A stretch of 62,043 nt of DNA from Caulobacter sp. (lineage in GTDB: Bacteria; Pseudomonadota; Alphaproteobacteria; Caulobacterales; Caulobacteraceae): positions 1-62,043 of the forward strand of contig JBIKII010000001.1 in NCBI GenBank assembly GCA_044361705.1. The letters are read 5' to 3'. The notes beneath the pieces were generated by a model, which was not told the origin of the DNA, did not search any database, and worked only from the letters and a program-made list of their open reading frames with translations. Within the stretch, counting starts at the first letter, position 1. Every line of letters starts with the position of its first letter. Positions 51,334-61,597 of the stretch are shown here, one piece after another. The translations under genes and the position numbers were made by a program.

Positions 51334-54299
51334 CCGGTCCCTTCGAGCACGCGGGTCCCCGCTGGTTCTCGATCCCGGCCCACCGGCCCTTTCTCGATGA
51401 TCTGGCGACAGGACTGGTCGCCGCCCTGCCCGACCCCGAGGCCCTGGCCGAGGCGGTGGTGCTCGTACCCACCCGCCGCGGGGCGCGCGTGCTGGCCGAG
51501 GCCTTCGTCGGCGCGGTCGGCGGCCGGGCGACGCTGCTGCCGCAGATCCGCGCCATCGGCGACCTGGACGAGGGTGAGCCGCCGTTCGAGCCGGGCGACC
51601 TGTCGCTGGACATCCCGCCCGCCGTCGACCCGCGCACGCGGCGCTTCGAACTGGCCCGGCTCGTGGCCCGCGACGGCAGGATCGGCCGCCGACTCGACGC
51701 CGCCGGGGCGCTGGAGATGGCCGACGCCCTGGCCCGCTTCCTCGATGACCTGCAGATCGAGGAGGTCAAGCGCGCGCACGACCGGCTCGACAGTCTGGTC
51801 GAGCTGGAAATGGCCGCCCACTGGCAGCGCTCGACCGGCCTGCTGCGCCTCGCGCTCGAGGCCTGGCCCGCCTGGCTGGCGGAGCGGGGCCTGATCGATG
51901 TGGCCGAGCGCCGGGTCCGACTGCTGGACGCCCTGACCGATCAGTGGATCCGCCACCCGCCCGCTCATCCGCTGATCGCCGCCGGCTCGACCGGCACGGC
52001 GCCCGCCACCGCCCGGCTGCTGGTCGCCGTCGCCCAGGCGCCGCGCGGGGCCGTGGTGCTGCCGGGTCTCGACGAGGGCCTGGCCGACGACGCCTGGCTC
52101 AGGATCGAGGATCAGCACCCGCAGGCCGCCATGAAGCGGCTGCTCGACGTCCACGCCAAAATCGGCCGGGGCGGGGTGACCCCCTGGCTCCCGGACGCCG
52201 ACAGCCGGGGCCGCTGGCGCCGCCGGGTGATCAACGAGGCGCTGCGCCCCGCCGAGGCCACCGCAGACTGGCGCGATGTGCTGGACGGTCTGCGCAAGGA
52301 GGGCGCGGCCGAGGGCATCGACCCGCTGACCGAGGGCCTGGCCGGGCTGTCGGTGATCGCCACGCGCCATGAGGAAGAGGCGGCCGACGTCTGCGCCCTG
52401 CTGCTGCGCGAGACGCTGGAGGGCCCGGACAAGACCTGCGCCCTGGTCACGCCTGACCTCGCCCTGGCCCGACGGGTCAGCGCCCGGCTGGCGCGGTTCG
52501 GGGTCATCGCCGACTCATCGGCCGGCGCGCCGCTGGCCGGGTTTCCGATCGCCGTGCTGGCCCGGCTGGTCGCCGACTGGGCGGTCGATCCGCTGTCGCC
52601 CGTCCTGCTGCTGGCCGTCCTGAAGCATCCGCTGACGATACTGGATCGAATGCCGGACGACCTGACGCAGGCGGCGACGCGACTGGAGCGGACCGGCCTG
52701 CGCGGGCCCCGCCCCGGCGACCGCGACAGCCTGATGACCCGGCTGAAAGACCCGGAGGTCGCGGCCCTGGCCGCCGACCTTCTTGGCGCGCTGGACATCC
52801 TGGCCCTGGCTTTCGCCGACGGCGAGGCGGCCGTGGACGACGCCGCGCGCGGCCTGACCCTGGCGCTGGAGGCGCTGGGAGGACCGGGCGTCTGGAACGG
52901 CGCCGACGGCGAATGCGCCGCCGCGCTGCTGGCCGGGTTGATCGAGGACGGCGCCGCCCTGCCGCCGGTGTCGGCGCGCAACTTCGTCGACCTGCTGGCC
53001 ATGCTGCTCGACGGCGAGACGCTGCGCTCCGGCGGGGTGCATCCGCGCCTGCGCATCCTGGGGGCCCTGGAGGCGCGACTGCTGCGGGCCGACCGGCTGG
53101 TGCTGGCGGGCCTCGAGGACGGGGTCTGGCCGCGCGGCGCGCAGATCGACCCCTTCCTGTCGCGGCCCATGCGCGAGCGACTGGGTCTGCCCTCGCCCGA
53201 GCGGCGGCTGGGCCTTACCGCCCACGACTTCGCCCAGGCCGCCTGCGCGCCGGAGGTGACTCTGGTCCATAGCCAGCGCCGCGAGGGCTCGCCCGCCGTG
53301 GAGTCCCGCTGGCTCTGGCGGCTGCGGACCCTGGCCCGTGGAGCCGGCGTCAAGCTGCCCGGACGGCCGGAGCTGCTCGACTGGTCCAGGGCGCTGGACG
53401 CGCCCGGCCCTTACAGTCCCTATCCCCGACCCAACCCCAGGCCCCCGGTCGAGGACCGCCCCGATCGCTTCGCCGTCACCCGCATCGAGGCCCTGACCCG
53501 CGACCCCTACGGCGTCTGGGCCAGGGACATCCTGCGGCTGTTCCGCCTCGACCGGCCGGACGAGCCGGTGGAGTCCAAGGCCAGGGGCACCGCCATCCAC
53601 ACGGCCTTCGAGCAGTTCGCCATGGCGTGGGACAGCGGCGAGCCGGCCGACTCCCCTGGCCTCTTCGAGCGGCTCTACCTCGACGCCCTCGTCGCCCAGG
53701 GCCTGCCGAGGTCCGCCCTGGCCCGTGAGCGGGCTCTGGCCCGTGAGGCGGCCCAGTGGGCCGCCGGACTGGAGCGCACCCGCCGCGCGGACGGCCGCCA
53801 GGTGCTGGTCGAGCGGGAGGGCAGGCTGGCGCTCCCGGTCGAGGGCCGGACCATAACCCTGACCGCCAAGGCCGACCGCATCGAGGTCACGCCCGAGGGC
53901 CTGGGCCACGTCATGGACTTCAAGACCGGCGGGGCCCCGTCGCCCAAGCAGATCCGGACCGGCTTCTCGCCGCAGTTGACCCTGACGATGGCCATCCTGA
54001 CCTCCGGCGGCTTCCCGGGGCTGAAGGTCGACGCAGGCGACCTGACCTATCTGAAGGTCACCGGTCGCAAGCCGGCGGGCGAGGTGATCATCCGTGAACA
54101 GGCCGGCGACGACAGCGCAACGGCCGCCGCCGCCGCGTATGACGGCGTCCTCCAGCTGCTGGCGCTCTATCAGGATCCGGAGCGGGGCTACCTGTCGCGC
54201 ACCGCGCCGCAGTTCGTGAAGACCTGGGACGGCGATCACGACCATCTGGCGCGGGTCTTCGAATGGTCGACCGGCGGCGAGGGGGAGGCCGAGGAATGA
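51330..54299 (+). CDS. addB: Double-strand break repair protein AddB
   Basis: PTRR, AAGSTG, VVLPGLD, ALVTPD, RDPY, KADRIE, DFKTG, DHLARV.EW. Confidence 0.93.
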   Translation: MTGPFEHAGPRWFSIPAHRPFLDDLATGLVAALPDPEALAEAVVLVPTRRGARVLAEAFVGAVGGRATLLPQIRAIGDLDEGEPPFEPGDLSLDIPPAVDPRTRRFELARLVARDGRIGRRLDAAGALEMADALARFLDDLQIEEVKRAHDRLDSLVELEMAAHWQRSTGLLRLALEAWPAWLAERGLIDVAERRVRLLDALTDQWIRHPPAHPLIAAGSTGTAPATARLLVAVAQAPRGAVVLPGLDEGLADDAWLRIEDQHPQAAMKRLLDVHAKIGRGGVTPWLPDADSRGRWRRRVINEALRPAEATADWRDVLDGLRKEGAAEGIDPLTEGLAGLSVIATRHEEEAADVCALLLRETLEGPDKTCALVTPDLALARRVSARLARFGVIADSSAGAPLAGFPIAVLARLVADWAVDPLSPVLLLAVLKHPLTILDRMPDDLTQAATRLERTGLRGPRPGDRDSLMTRLKDPEVAALAADLLGALDILALAFADGEAAVDDAARGLTLALEALGGPGVWNGADGECAAALLAGLIEDGAALPPVSARNFVDLLAMLLDGETLRSGGVHPRLRILGALEARLLRADRLVLAGLEDGVWPRGAQIDPFLSRPMRERLGLPSPERRLGLTAHDFAQAACAPEVTLVHSQRREGSPAVESRWLWRLRTLARGAGVKLPGRPELLDWSRALDAPGPYSPYPRPNPRPPVEDRPDRFAVTRIEALTRDPYGVWARDILRLFRLDRPDEPVESKARGTAIHTAFEQFAMAWDSGEPADSPGLFERLYLDALVAQGLPRSALARERALAREAAQWAAGLERTRRADGRQVLVEREGRLALPVEGRTITLTAKADRIEVTPEGLGHVMDFKTGGAPSPKQIRTGFSPQLTLTMAILTSGGFPGLKVDAGDLTYLKVTGRKPAGEVIIREQAGDDSATAAAAAYDGVLQLLALYQDPERGYLSRTAPQFVKTWDGDHDHLARVFEWSTGGEGEAEE

Positions 54300-57200
54300 G
54301 CCTGCACGATCCCGAGCAGCGCCGCGCCGCCGACCCGGCCCTCAACGCCTTCGTCACCGCCAACGCGGGGTCGGGCAAGACCAAGACCCTGATCGACCGG
54401 GTGGCCCGGCTGCTGCTGGCGGATGTGCGGCCGGCCGCCATCCTCTGCGTGACCTACACCAAGGCCGCCGCCGCCGAGATGCAGCGCCGGCTGTTCGACG
54501 TGCTCGGCGGCTGGTCGGTCATGGAAGACTCGGCCCTCGCCGCCGAGCTGGCGCGGCTGGAGGGCGAGGGGGTGGCCCGCGACGAGAGGGGACTCTCCAA
54601 GGCCCGCACCCTGTTCGCCAAGGCGCTGGAGACGCCGGGCGGGCTGAAGATCCAGACCATCCACGCCTTCTGCGAGAAGCTGCTGCGCCGGTTTCCGCTC
54701 GAAGCGGGCGTATCGCCGACCTTCAAGGTCATGGACGACCAGGCCTCGGCCCTGATCGCCGCCGAGGCGCGGGCCGACGTGGCGCGCCAGGCTCTGGAAG
54801 CGGACGGTCTTGTCACCGATGCCTACTCCCGTTTGGCCGTGGCGCTCGACTTTGACAGCTTCAACAAGATGTTCGCCGCATTCGAGGCAAAGCGGGAAGC
54901 TATCGCGGCCTATGTCGCCCATTGCGGCGGCCTCGAAGGCCTGCCGGCCGCCGTCGCTAGGGCATGCGGCTTCGAGGACAGTCTCCTGCGCGATGCCGAG
55001 GCCATCCTTGTGGAGGCGATGAGCCCACCGGCGCTCGATCGTGAAGCCTGGAAGCGTCTGATGACGGCCGCCCTGGCCAGCAGCAACGACAATGATGTCG
55101 CCAAGGGACAGCGATGCGCGGAGATCGTCGAGGCCGCCGCCCTTGGGGACATCCGCGACTCGCTGGTGATGGGTATCCTCTTCACCGACAAGGCTGAGCC
55201 CCGCGCGCGGTCGCGCATCTTCACAAAGGCCATCGGCGAGCCTCTGAAGGACTGGCTCGAGACGGAGCAGGTGCGAATCGGCGCGGCCCTGGGCCAGGCC
55301 AGGGCAGCCCGTGTGGCGCAGGACACCGTGTTCGTCCTCGCGCTGGCCAGCGTCTACGCGCGCCAGTACGAGACCGCCAAGGCCGAGCGCGGCGCGCTCG
55401 ATTTCGCCGACCTGATCAGCCGCACGCGCCGGCTGGTCGACGAGCGGCCGGACGCGGCCTGGGTGCTCTACAAGCTGGACGGCGGCATCGACCACATCCT
55501 CGTCGACGAGGCCCAGGACACCGCGCCCGAGCAATGGGACATCGTCCGCCGCCTGACCGGCGAGTTCTGGTCCGGCGCCGGCCTGCGCCGGCAGGGAGCG
55601 CCGGATCGCACCCTGTTCGTGGTCGGCGACGAGAAGCAGTCGATCTACAGCTTCCAGGGCGCGGACCCTGACCGGCTCATCACCGAGACCCAGCGCTACA
55701 TCAGTGACATCGCCGCCGCCGGGCAACCCGCCGACGGCGTGCCGCTTCTGGTCTCCTACCGGTCGACGCCGCAGATCCTGACCTTCGTCGACACCCTGTT
55801 CATCGCACCGGAGACCCGGAGCGGGGTGCCGCCGCCGCGGGGCGAGGACATCGTCAAGCACAAGCCGTACCGCGCCGACCACGCCGGCTGCGTCGATCTC
55901 TGGCCGCTGGACCGGGAGGAGCCCGGCGAGGACCGCCAGGCCTGGGACGCGCCGCTGGACGAGGAAGCCGAGACCTCGGCCAACCGCCGCCTGGCCAAGC
56001 GCATCGCCGCCGAGATCAGGGCGCTGGTCGAGCGTGGCGACGCCGTCTTCGACAAGGAAACCCGCGAGTGGCGCCCGGCGGGCTATGGCGACGTGCTGGT
56101 GCTGGTCCGTCGGCGCAAGGTGCTGTTCGAGGAGATCATCCGCGAGCTGAAGCGCGACGGCGTGCCGGTGGCGGGGGCCGACCGTCTGACCCTGTCGGCC
56201 CACATCGCCTTCGACGACCTGATGGCGCTGGCCCGGTTCATCCAGTTCCCGGACGACGACCTGACCCTGGCCGGGTTGCTGAAGAGTCCCTTCTGCGGCC
56301 TCGTCGATGACGACATCTACGCCCTCGCTAAGGATCGCAAACCCGACAGCCTCTGGACCGTGCTGCGGCGGCGGGCGCCCGAGCAGCCGGCCTGGGCCGC
56401 CGCACTGGCCTTCCTCGACACCGCCCGGGACCTGGCCCGGACCGGTTCGCCGTTCGATCTGTTCACCCGGCTGCTCGGCCTGAACGGCCCCGACGGTCGC
56501 TCGATGCGCGCCCGCATCCTGACGCGGCTGGGGTCGGAAGCGGGCGACGTGCTTGACGAGTTTCTGGCCCGCACCCTGGCGGCCGAGGCGCAGGGTATTC
56601 GTGACCTGGAGTCCCTCGTCCACGCCTTCGCCGGGCTCGACATCGCCGTGAAGCGCGAGATGGAAGGCGCCGGGGACGAGGTGCGGGTGATGACCGCCCA
56701 CGGCTCCAAGGGCCTGGAGGCGCCGATCGTCTTCCTGCCGGAAACCACCGTGAAGGGCATGGGCAAGGGGTCGCCCCTGCTGGAGACGGCGGACGGCGGA
56801 TTCCTGTGGAGCGCCAGGAAGGCTGACGACTGCGAGGCCAGCGCCCTGGCGCGGGAGCTTCCCACCCGGCGTGAGGAGGACGAGGCCTGGCGCCTGCTCT
56901 ATGTCGGCCTGACACGGGCGCGCGACCGGCTGGTGCTCTGCGGGCGGATCGACGCCCGCACCAAGGATGAAAGTGTCGGCGGCTGGTACGCCGCGATGGG
57001 CCAGGCCTTCGCCCATCCGGACGTGGCCGGCGCCGTCCGCGACGTCGAGGTCGACGGCTACCGTTTCCAGCGGTTCGGTCCCGATCCCGAGCGCCGGCCG
57101 CCGGAGGCCAGGACAGAGCGCGCGGCCTCGCCGTTGCCGGACTGGGCGCGGGGCGCCGCGCCGGTCGAGCCGCCCGCCCGCCGCTACGCCTCGCCGTCGC

Positions 57201-57781
57201 AGCTCGCCGACCAGACTTTCGGGCCCGCGCCCTCGCCGCTCGCCCGGGTCGAGGGGCTGGGCCGCTACCGGCGCGGGGAGCTGATCCACCGGCTGTTGCA
57301 GCTGCTGCCCGACGTGCCGGCGGCCGATCGCCGTGATGCGGCCACGAAGCTTCTGGACCGCGAGCGCGACCTGACCGCGCCCCAGCGGCGCGAGATGCTG
57401 GCCGCAGCCTTCGGGGTTCTGGACGATCCGCTGTTCGCCGACGTCTTTGGCCCCGGCTCGCGGGCCGAGGCGGCCATCGGCGGGACCTCGCGCCGGCTGC
57501 CGCCGGGCCTCGCCGTTTCGGGTCGGGTCGACCGGCTGCTGGTCACGCCCGATCGGGTGCTGGTCGTAGACTACAAGACCAACCGCCCGGCGCCGGCCGA
57601 TATCGCCGACGCCGATCCGGCCTATCTGATCCAGATGGCGGTCTATGCGGCGGTGCTGGAGGAGGTGTTCCCCGGACGGCGCGTCGAGGCGGCCCTGGTC
57701 TGGACCGACGGACCGCGCCTGATGCCGGTTCCAGAAAACATCGTGGCCCGCACGCTCGCCGCTCTGCCCGACGCCCATTGA
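54296..57781 (+). CDS. addA: Double-strand break repair helicase/nuclease AddA
   Basis: ANAGSGKT, QTIHAF, VDEAQDT, VGDEKQSIY, TAHGSKGLE, YVGLTRA, GRVDRL...DYKT. Confidence 0.96.
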   Translation: MSLHDPEQRRAADPALNAFVTANAGSGKTKTLIDRVARLLLADVRPAAILCVTYTKAAAAEMQRRLFDVLGGWSVMEDSALAAELARLEGEGVARDERGLSKARTLFAKALETPGGLKIQTIHAFCEKLLRRFPLEAGVSPTFKVMDDQASALIAAEARADVARQALEADGLVTDAYSRLAVALDFDSFNKMFAAFEAKREAIAAYVAHCGGLEGLPAAVARACGFEDSLLRDAEAILVEAMSPPALDREAWKRLMTAALASSNDNDVAKGQRCAEIVEAAALGDIRDSLVMGILFTDKAEPRARSRIFTKAIGEPLKDWLETEQVRIGAALGQARAARVAQDTVFVLALASVYARQYETAKAERGALDFADLISRTRRLVDERPDAAWVLYKLDGGIDHILVDEAQDTAPEQWDIVRRLTGEFWSGAGLRRQGAPDRTLFVVGDEKQSIYSFQGADPDRLITETQRYISDIAAAGQPADGVPLLVSYRSTPQILTFVDTLFIAPETRSGVPPPRGEDIVKHKPYRADHAGCVDLWPLDREEPGEDRQAWDAPLDEEAETSANRRLAKRIAAEIRALVERGDAVFDKETREWRPAGYGDVLVLVRRRKVLFEEIIRELKRDGVPVAGADRLTLSAHIAFDDLMALARFIQFPDDDLTLAGLLKSPFCGLVDDDIYALAKDRKPDSLWTVLRRRAPEQPAWAAALAFLDTARDLARTGSPFDLFTRLLGLNGPDGRSMRARILTRLGSEAGDVLDEFLARTLAAEAQGIRDLESLVHAFAGLDIAVKREMEGAGDEVRVMTAHGSKGLEAPIVFLPETTVKGMGKGSPLLETADGGFLWSARKADDCEASALARELPTRREEDEAWRLLYVGLTRARDRLVLCGRIDARTKDESVGGWYAAMGQAFAHPDVAGAVRDVEVDGYRFQRFGPDPERRPPEARTERAASPLPDWARGAAPVEPPARRYASPSQLADQTFGPAPSPLARVEGLGRYRRGELIHRLLQLLPDVPAADRRDAATKLLDRERDLTAPQRREMLAAAFGVLDDPLFADVFGPGSRAEAAIGGTSRRLPPGLAVSGRVDRLLVTPDRVLVVDYKTNRPAPADIADADPAYLIQMAVYAAVLEEVFPGRRVEAALVWTDGPRLMPVPENIVARTLAALPDAH

Positions 57782-57858
57782 TGGGGAAAGGCCGGGGGCC
57801 TACATCTTTGACTGAAGCCGAGGGGCCGCTTTAGTCCCTCGACCAGGGAGACATTGTC

Positions 57859-58191
57859 ATGAGCACCGTTGCTGTGACCGACGAGACTTTCGAACGCGAC
57901 GTGCTGCAGGCCGAAAAGCCCGTGCTCGTGGACTTCTGGGCCGAGTGGTGCGGCCCCTGCAAGCAGATCGCCCCGGCCCTGGAGCAGATCTCCGAGGAAC
58001 TGGCCGACCATGTCACCATCGCCAAGGTGAACATCGAGGACAGCCCCACGACGCCGTCCCGCTACGGCGTGCGCGGCATCCCGACCATGATGCTGTTCCG
58101 CGGCGGGCAGATGGCCTCGATGAAGGTCGGCGCCATGCCCAAGCAGAAGATCCTGGAATGGCTCTCCGAATCCGGCGTTCAGGCGGCGTAA
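57859..58191 (+). CDS. trxA: Thioredoxin
   Basis: DFWAEWCGPCK, GIPT. Confidence 0.97.
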   Translation: MSTVAVTDETFERDVLQAEKPVLVDFWAEWCGPCKQIAPALEQISEELADHVTIAKVNIEDSPTTPSRYGVRGIPTMMLFRGGQMASMKVGAMPKQKILEWLSESGVQAA

Positions 58192-58222
58192 GACCGCCTA
58201 GCCCGGATACCGGTCTCTCATG

Positions 58223-58260
58223 GAACGGCCGTCGGGGCGACCCGGCGGCCGTTCTGCGTT
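58223..58260 (+). terminator. Intrinsic (possibly bidirectional) terminator between trxA and folC
   Basis: GAACGGCCGTCGGG-GCGA-CCCGGCGGCCGTTC then TGCGTT. Confidence 0.7.
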
Positions 58261-58270
58261 CCCCGCCGCG

Positions 58271-59590
58271 TCACCGCGGCCAGGTCGCCTCGTCGAGCGC
58301 CAGCACCTCGCCGGCCAGGTAGAGCGATCCGCAGATCACCACGTGCGGCGGCGGACCCTCGGCGGCCAGCGCGGACCTGAGCCCGGCGGTGACGTCCGCG
58401 TGCGCCTGCGCCGCGAGATCAAAGCCCCGCGCCGTCTCGACCAGCCGATCCGTCGGGCTGGCGGCGTCGGCCTCGAAGCCGACGGCGTGGACCGCCGGCG
58501 CGAGTTCCGCGAAGGCGCTGAAGAAGCCGTCGGCGTCCTTGTTGGCCAGCAGACCGCAGACCAGCGCCACGGGCCGGCCGTCACGGGCGGTCATGTCGCC
58601 GAGCAGCCGGGCCAGCGCGCGGGCCGCGTGCGGGTTATGCCCGCCGTCCAGCCACAGGTCCGCGCCCCGCGCCCTCGCCATCGCCGCCAGCGGCCCGGCG
58701 GTCAGCCGCTGCATCCGGGCCGGCCATACGGCGGAGGCGACGCCCCGGCCGATGGCCTCCTCGTCGATCCGCGCCATGCGCAGCTGCAGCGCGGCGACGG
58801 CCGCCAGAGTGGCGTTGTCGACCTGGTGGACGCCGGGCAGGGACGGGGCGGGCAGGTCCAGCAGCCGGTCCTCCAGCTGCACGCACAGCCGGCCGCGCTC
58901 CAGCCAGCCGTCGAAGTCGGTCCCCAGCGCCAGAAGCGGCGCGCCCAGCGCCCGGGCCCGGGCCTCGATGACCGCGAAGGCCTCCGGCGACTGGCGGCCG
59001 ACCACTACCGGCGCGCCTGGCTTGATGATCCCGGCCTTCTCGCCGGCGATGCTGGCCAGGTCATTGCCGAGGAACTCGTGGTGGTCGTGATCGACCGGGG
59101 CGATGACGCTGACCGCCGGCCGCTCGAGGACATTGGTGGCGTCCAGCGAGCCGCCCAGGCCCACCTCCAGCAGGCAGAGGTCGGCGTCGACCTCGCTGAA
59201 GGCCTGCAGGGCGGCGGCGGTGGTGATCTCAAAGAAGGTGATCGGCTCGCTGTCGTTGACCGCCTCGATATGCTCCAGCACGGCGGCCAGGTGCTCGTCG
59301 GTGATCAGCGTCCCGGCCAGGCGGATGCGCTCGGCGAACCGGACCAGATGCGGCGAGGTGAAGACGTGGACCCTCAGACCCGCCGCCTCGGCGATGGCCC
59401 GCAGGACGGCGACGGTGGAACCCTTGCCGTTGGTGCCGGCCACGTGGATCACCGGCGGCAGCCGCCGCTGGGGATCGCCCAGCGCCGCGCACAGCCGCCG
59501 CATCCGGCCCAGCGAGAGGTCGATCAGCTTGGGGTGCAGGGCCCGCAACCGCTCCAGGGCGGCGTCATGGGCTCGGAGGTGGTCGCTCAT
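58271..59590 (-). CDS. folC: Folylpolyglutamate/dihydrofolate synthase
   Basis: HVAGTNGKGS, FTSPHL, EVGLGG.LDATN, LDGGHN, GSLYL. Confidence 0.96.
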   Translation of the reverse strand: MSDHLRAHDAALERLRALHPKLIDLSLGRMRRLCAALGDPQRRLPPVIHVAGTNGKGSTVAVLRAIAEAAGLRVHVFTSPHLVRFAERIRLAGTLITDEHLAAVLEHIEAVNDSEPITFFEITTAAALQAFSEVDADLCLLEVGLGGSLDATNVLERPAVSVIAPVDHDHHEFLGNDLASIAGEKAGIIKPGAPVVVGRQSPEAFAVIEARARALGAPLLALGTDFDGWLERGRLCVQLEDRLLDLPAPSLPGVHQVDNATLAAVAALQLRMARIDEEAIGRGVASAVWPARMQRLTAGPLAAMARARGADLWLDGGHNPHAARALARLLGDMTARDGRPVALVCGLLANKDADGFFSAFAELAPAVHAVGFEADAASPTDRLVETARGFDLAAQAHADVTAGLRSALAAEGPPPHVVICGSLYLAGEVLALDEATWPR

Positions 59591-59673
59591 GGTTTCACCG
59601 CTCTTTCTTGCGGAGGCGCGGACCCGGATTTGTGGTCGGCGCACGTATGCTCAACGCCGTGCTTCCCCACTAT

Positions 59674-59798
59674 CGTCATCGTCGGACTTGTTCCGACGAC
59701 CCATGAACACGGGTGAGGGGCAGGTAGCGCCGCGAACATCGAGCCCTACTCGTCGCGCTCACCACGCATGGGTCGTCGGAACAAGTCCGACGATGACG
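59674..59798. repeat. CGTC-type REP doublet, family 1, with perfect 32-bp terminal inverted repeats
   Basis: CGTCATCGTCGGACTTGTTCCGACGACCCATG (59674-59705) and its exact reverse complement (59767-59798). Confidence 0.9.
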
Positions 59799-59838
59799 GA
59801 GATAAATGCATCCGCTCATCCTCGCGGAACAGGAAGGG

Positions 59839-60759
59839 TCAGGCCGCCTTAAGCCCGTCGCGGCCCATCATCAGGGTCTTGAGGATCGAGCCCAGGACCA
59901 TCGGCAGCTCATGGCGCGGCGTCACGCGGTCGACCATGCCCTTCTCGACCAGGAACTCGGCGCGCTGGAAGCCCGGCGGCAGGGTCTCACGGATGGTCTG
60001 CTCAATGACGCGCTGGCCGGCGAAGCCGATCAGGGCGCCCGGCTCGGCCAGGTGGATGTCGCCCAGCATGGCGTAGCTGGCGGTCACCCCGCCGGTCGTC
60101 GGGTCGGTCAGCACCACGATGTAGGGCAGGCGGGCGGCCTTCAGCTCCTGGATCGCCAGGGTGCTGCGGGCCATCTGCATCAGGGACAGGGTGCCTTCCT
60201 GCATCCGCGCGCCGCCGGCGGCGGTGAAGGCGACGAAGGGCGACTGGCGGTCGATCGCGGCGCGGGCGCCGGCGATGAAGGCCTCGCCCGCCGCCATCCC
60301 CAGCGAACCGCCCATGAAGGCGAAGTCCTGGACCATCACCACGGCCGGCGTGCCGCCGATGGCGCCGGCGGCCAGGGCCACCGCGTCCTGCTCGCCCGTC
60401 GCCTTGCGGGCGGCGGCGAGGCGGTCCTTGTAGGGCTTGCCGTCGCTGAACTTCAGAGGATCCTCGACCACCGCGGGGGTGGGCAGGATATCGTAGGCGC
60501 CGTCATCGAAGGTGTAGCGGAAGCGCAGCTCCGGCCCGATCCGCATGTGGCGGCCTGCGGGGGTCACCCACCAGGCGGCCTCCAGGTCGGGCCGATAGAT
60601 CATCTCCCCGGTGTCGGGGCATTTTACCCAGAGATTCTCGGGCGTCTCGCGCTTGACGAAGGCTCCGCGCACGCCGGGGGCGATCCGCGACAGCCAGCCC
60701 TGGCGCTCGCGTGCGCCGCCCCGCGTGGGTTTGTCGTTCTTTGGGTCAGCCATAGCCAT
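59839..60759 (-). CDS. accD: Acetyl-CoA carboxylase carboxyltransferase beta subunit
   Basis: PENLWVKCP, FMGGSLG, GGARMQEG, PTTGGVTAS, GFAGQRVIEQT. Confidence 0.97.
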   Translation of the reverse strand: MAMADPKNDKPTRGGARERQGWLSRIAPGVRGAFVKRETPENLWVKCPDTGEMIYRPDLEAAWWVTPAGRHMRIGPELRFRYTFDDGAYDILPTPAVVEDPLKFSDGKPYKDRLAAARKATGEQDAVALAAGAIGGTPAVVMVQDFAFMGGSLGMAAGEAFIAGARAAIDRQSPFVAFTAAGGARMQEGTLSLMQMARSTLAIQELKAARLPYIVVLTDPTTGGVTASYAMLGDIHLAEPGALIGFAGQRVIEQTIRETLPPGFQRAEFLVEKGMVDRVTPRHELPMVLGSILKTLMMGRDGLKAA

Positions 60760-60763
60760 CGCT

Positions 60764-61597
60764 TCAAGCGTCCCTGACTCGCGCCGAGCGCACAGCCTTA
60801 GCCAGAGCGGACGCCTTGGAAAGAACTCTTTCAGTCACGTTTTCGTTCGTTCCCGCTTCGAGGGCGCCCGCGATTTCATCGACGAGGGCCGATCCGACCA
60901 CCGCCGCGTCGGCCACGCGCGCCACTTCCGCGGCCCGTTCCGGGGTCCGGATGCCGAAACCGACGGCGACCGGCAGGCCCGAGGCCGCGCGCAGTCTCTG
61001 CACGGGTTGTGCCACGGCGCCGGCGTCGGCTTCCTTGACGCCGGTCACGCCGGCCACGGAGACGTAGTAGACGAAGCCCGAGGTGCGCCGCATCACGGCC
61101 GGCAGGCGTTTGTCGTCGGTCGTCGGGGTGGCCAGCCGGATCAGCGCCACGCCGTTGGCGTCGAGCGCGTCGGCCAGCGGGTCGGACTCCTCGGGCGGGC
61201 AGTCGACAACGATCAGGCCGTCGACCCCGGCCGCCGCCGCGTCGGCGGCGAAGCGGTCAAAGCCACGGTTCAGCACCGGGTTCAGATAGCCCATCAGGAT
61301 GATCGGGGTGTCCTGGTCCTTCGCCCGGAAGGCGGCGACCATGTCCAGCGTGCCCTGCAGGGTCATGCCCGCCTTCAGCGCCCGCTGCGAGCCCAGCTGG
61401 ATCGACGGCCCCTCGGCCATCGGGTCGGAGAACGGGAAGCCCACCTCGATCAGGTCGGCGCCGGCGCCGGGCAGACCGTCCAGGATCGCCTGCGAGACCG
61501 CGCGCGACGGATCACCGGCGACCATATAGGCGATGAAGGCGGCGCGGTCTTCGGCGGCTAGGGCCGCGAAGCGCCGGTGAATACGATCCTTGGTCAA
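60764..61597 (-). CDS. trpA: Tryptophan synthase alpha chain
   Basis: [38 protein letters not shown]; TTG start overlapping trpB stop. Confidence 0.96.
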   Translation of the reverse strand: MTKDRIHRRFAALAAEDRAAFIAYMVAGDPSRAVSQAILDGLPGAGADLIEVGFPFSDPMAEGPSIQLGSQRALKAGMTLQGTLDMVAAFRAKDQDTPIILMGYLNPVLNRGFDRFAADAAAAGVDGLIVVDCPPEESDPLADALDANGVALIRLATPTTDDKRLPAVMRRTSGFVYYVSVAGVTGVKEADAGAVAQPVQRLRAASGLPVAVGFGIRTPERAAEVARVADAAVVGSALVDEIAGALEAGTNENVTERVLSKASALAKAVRSARVRDA

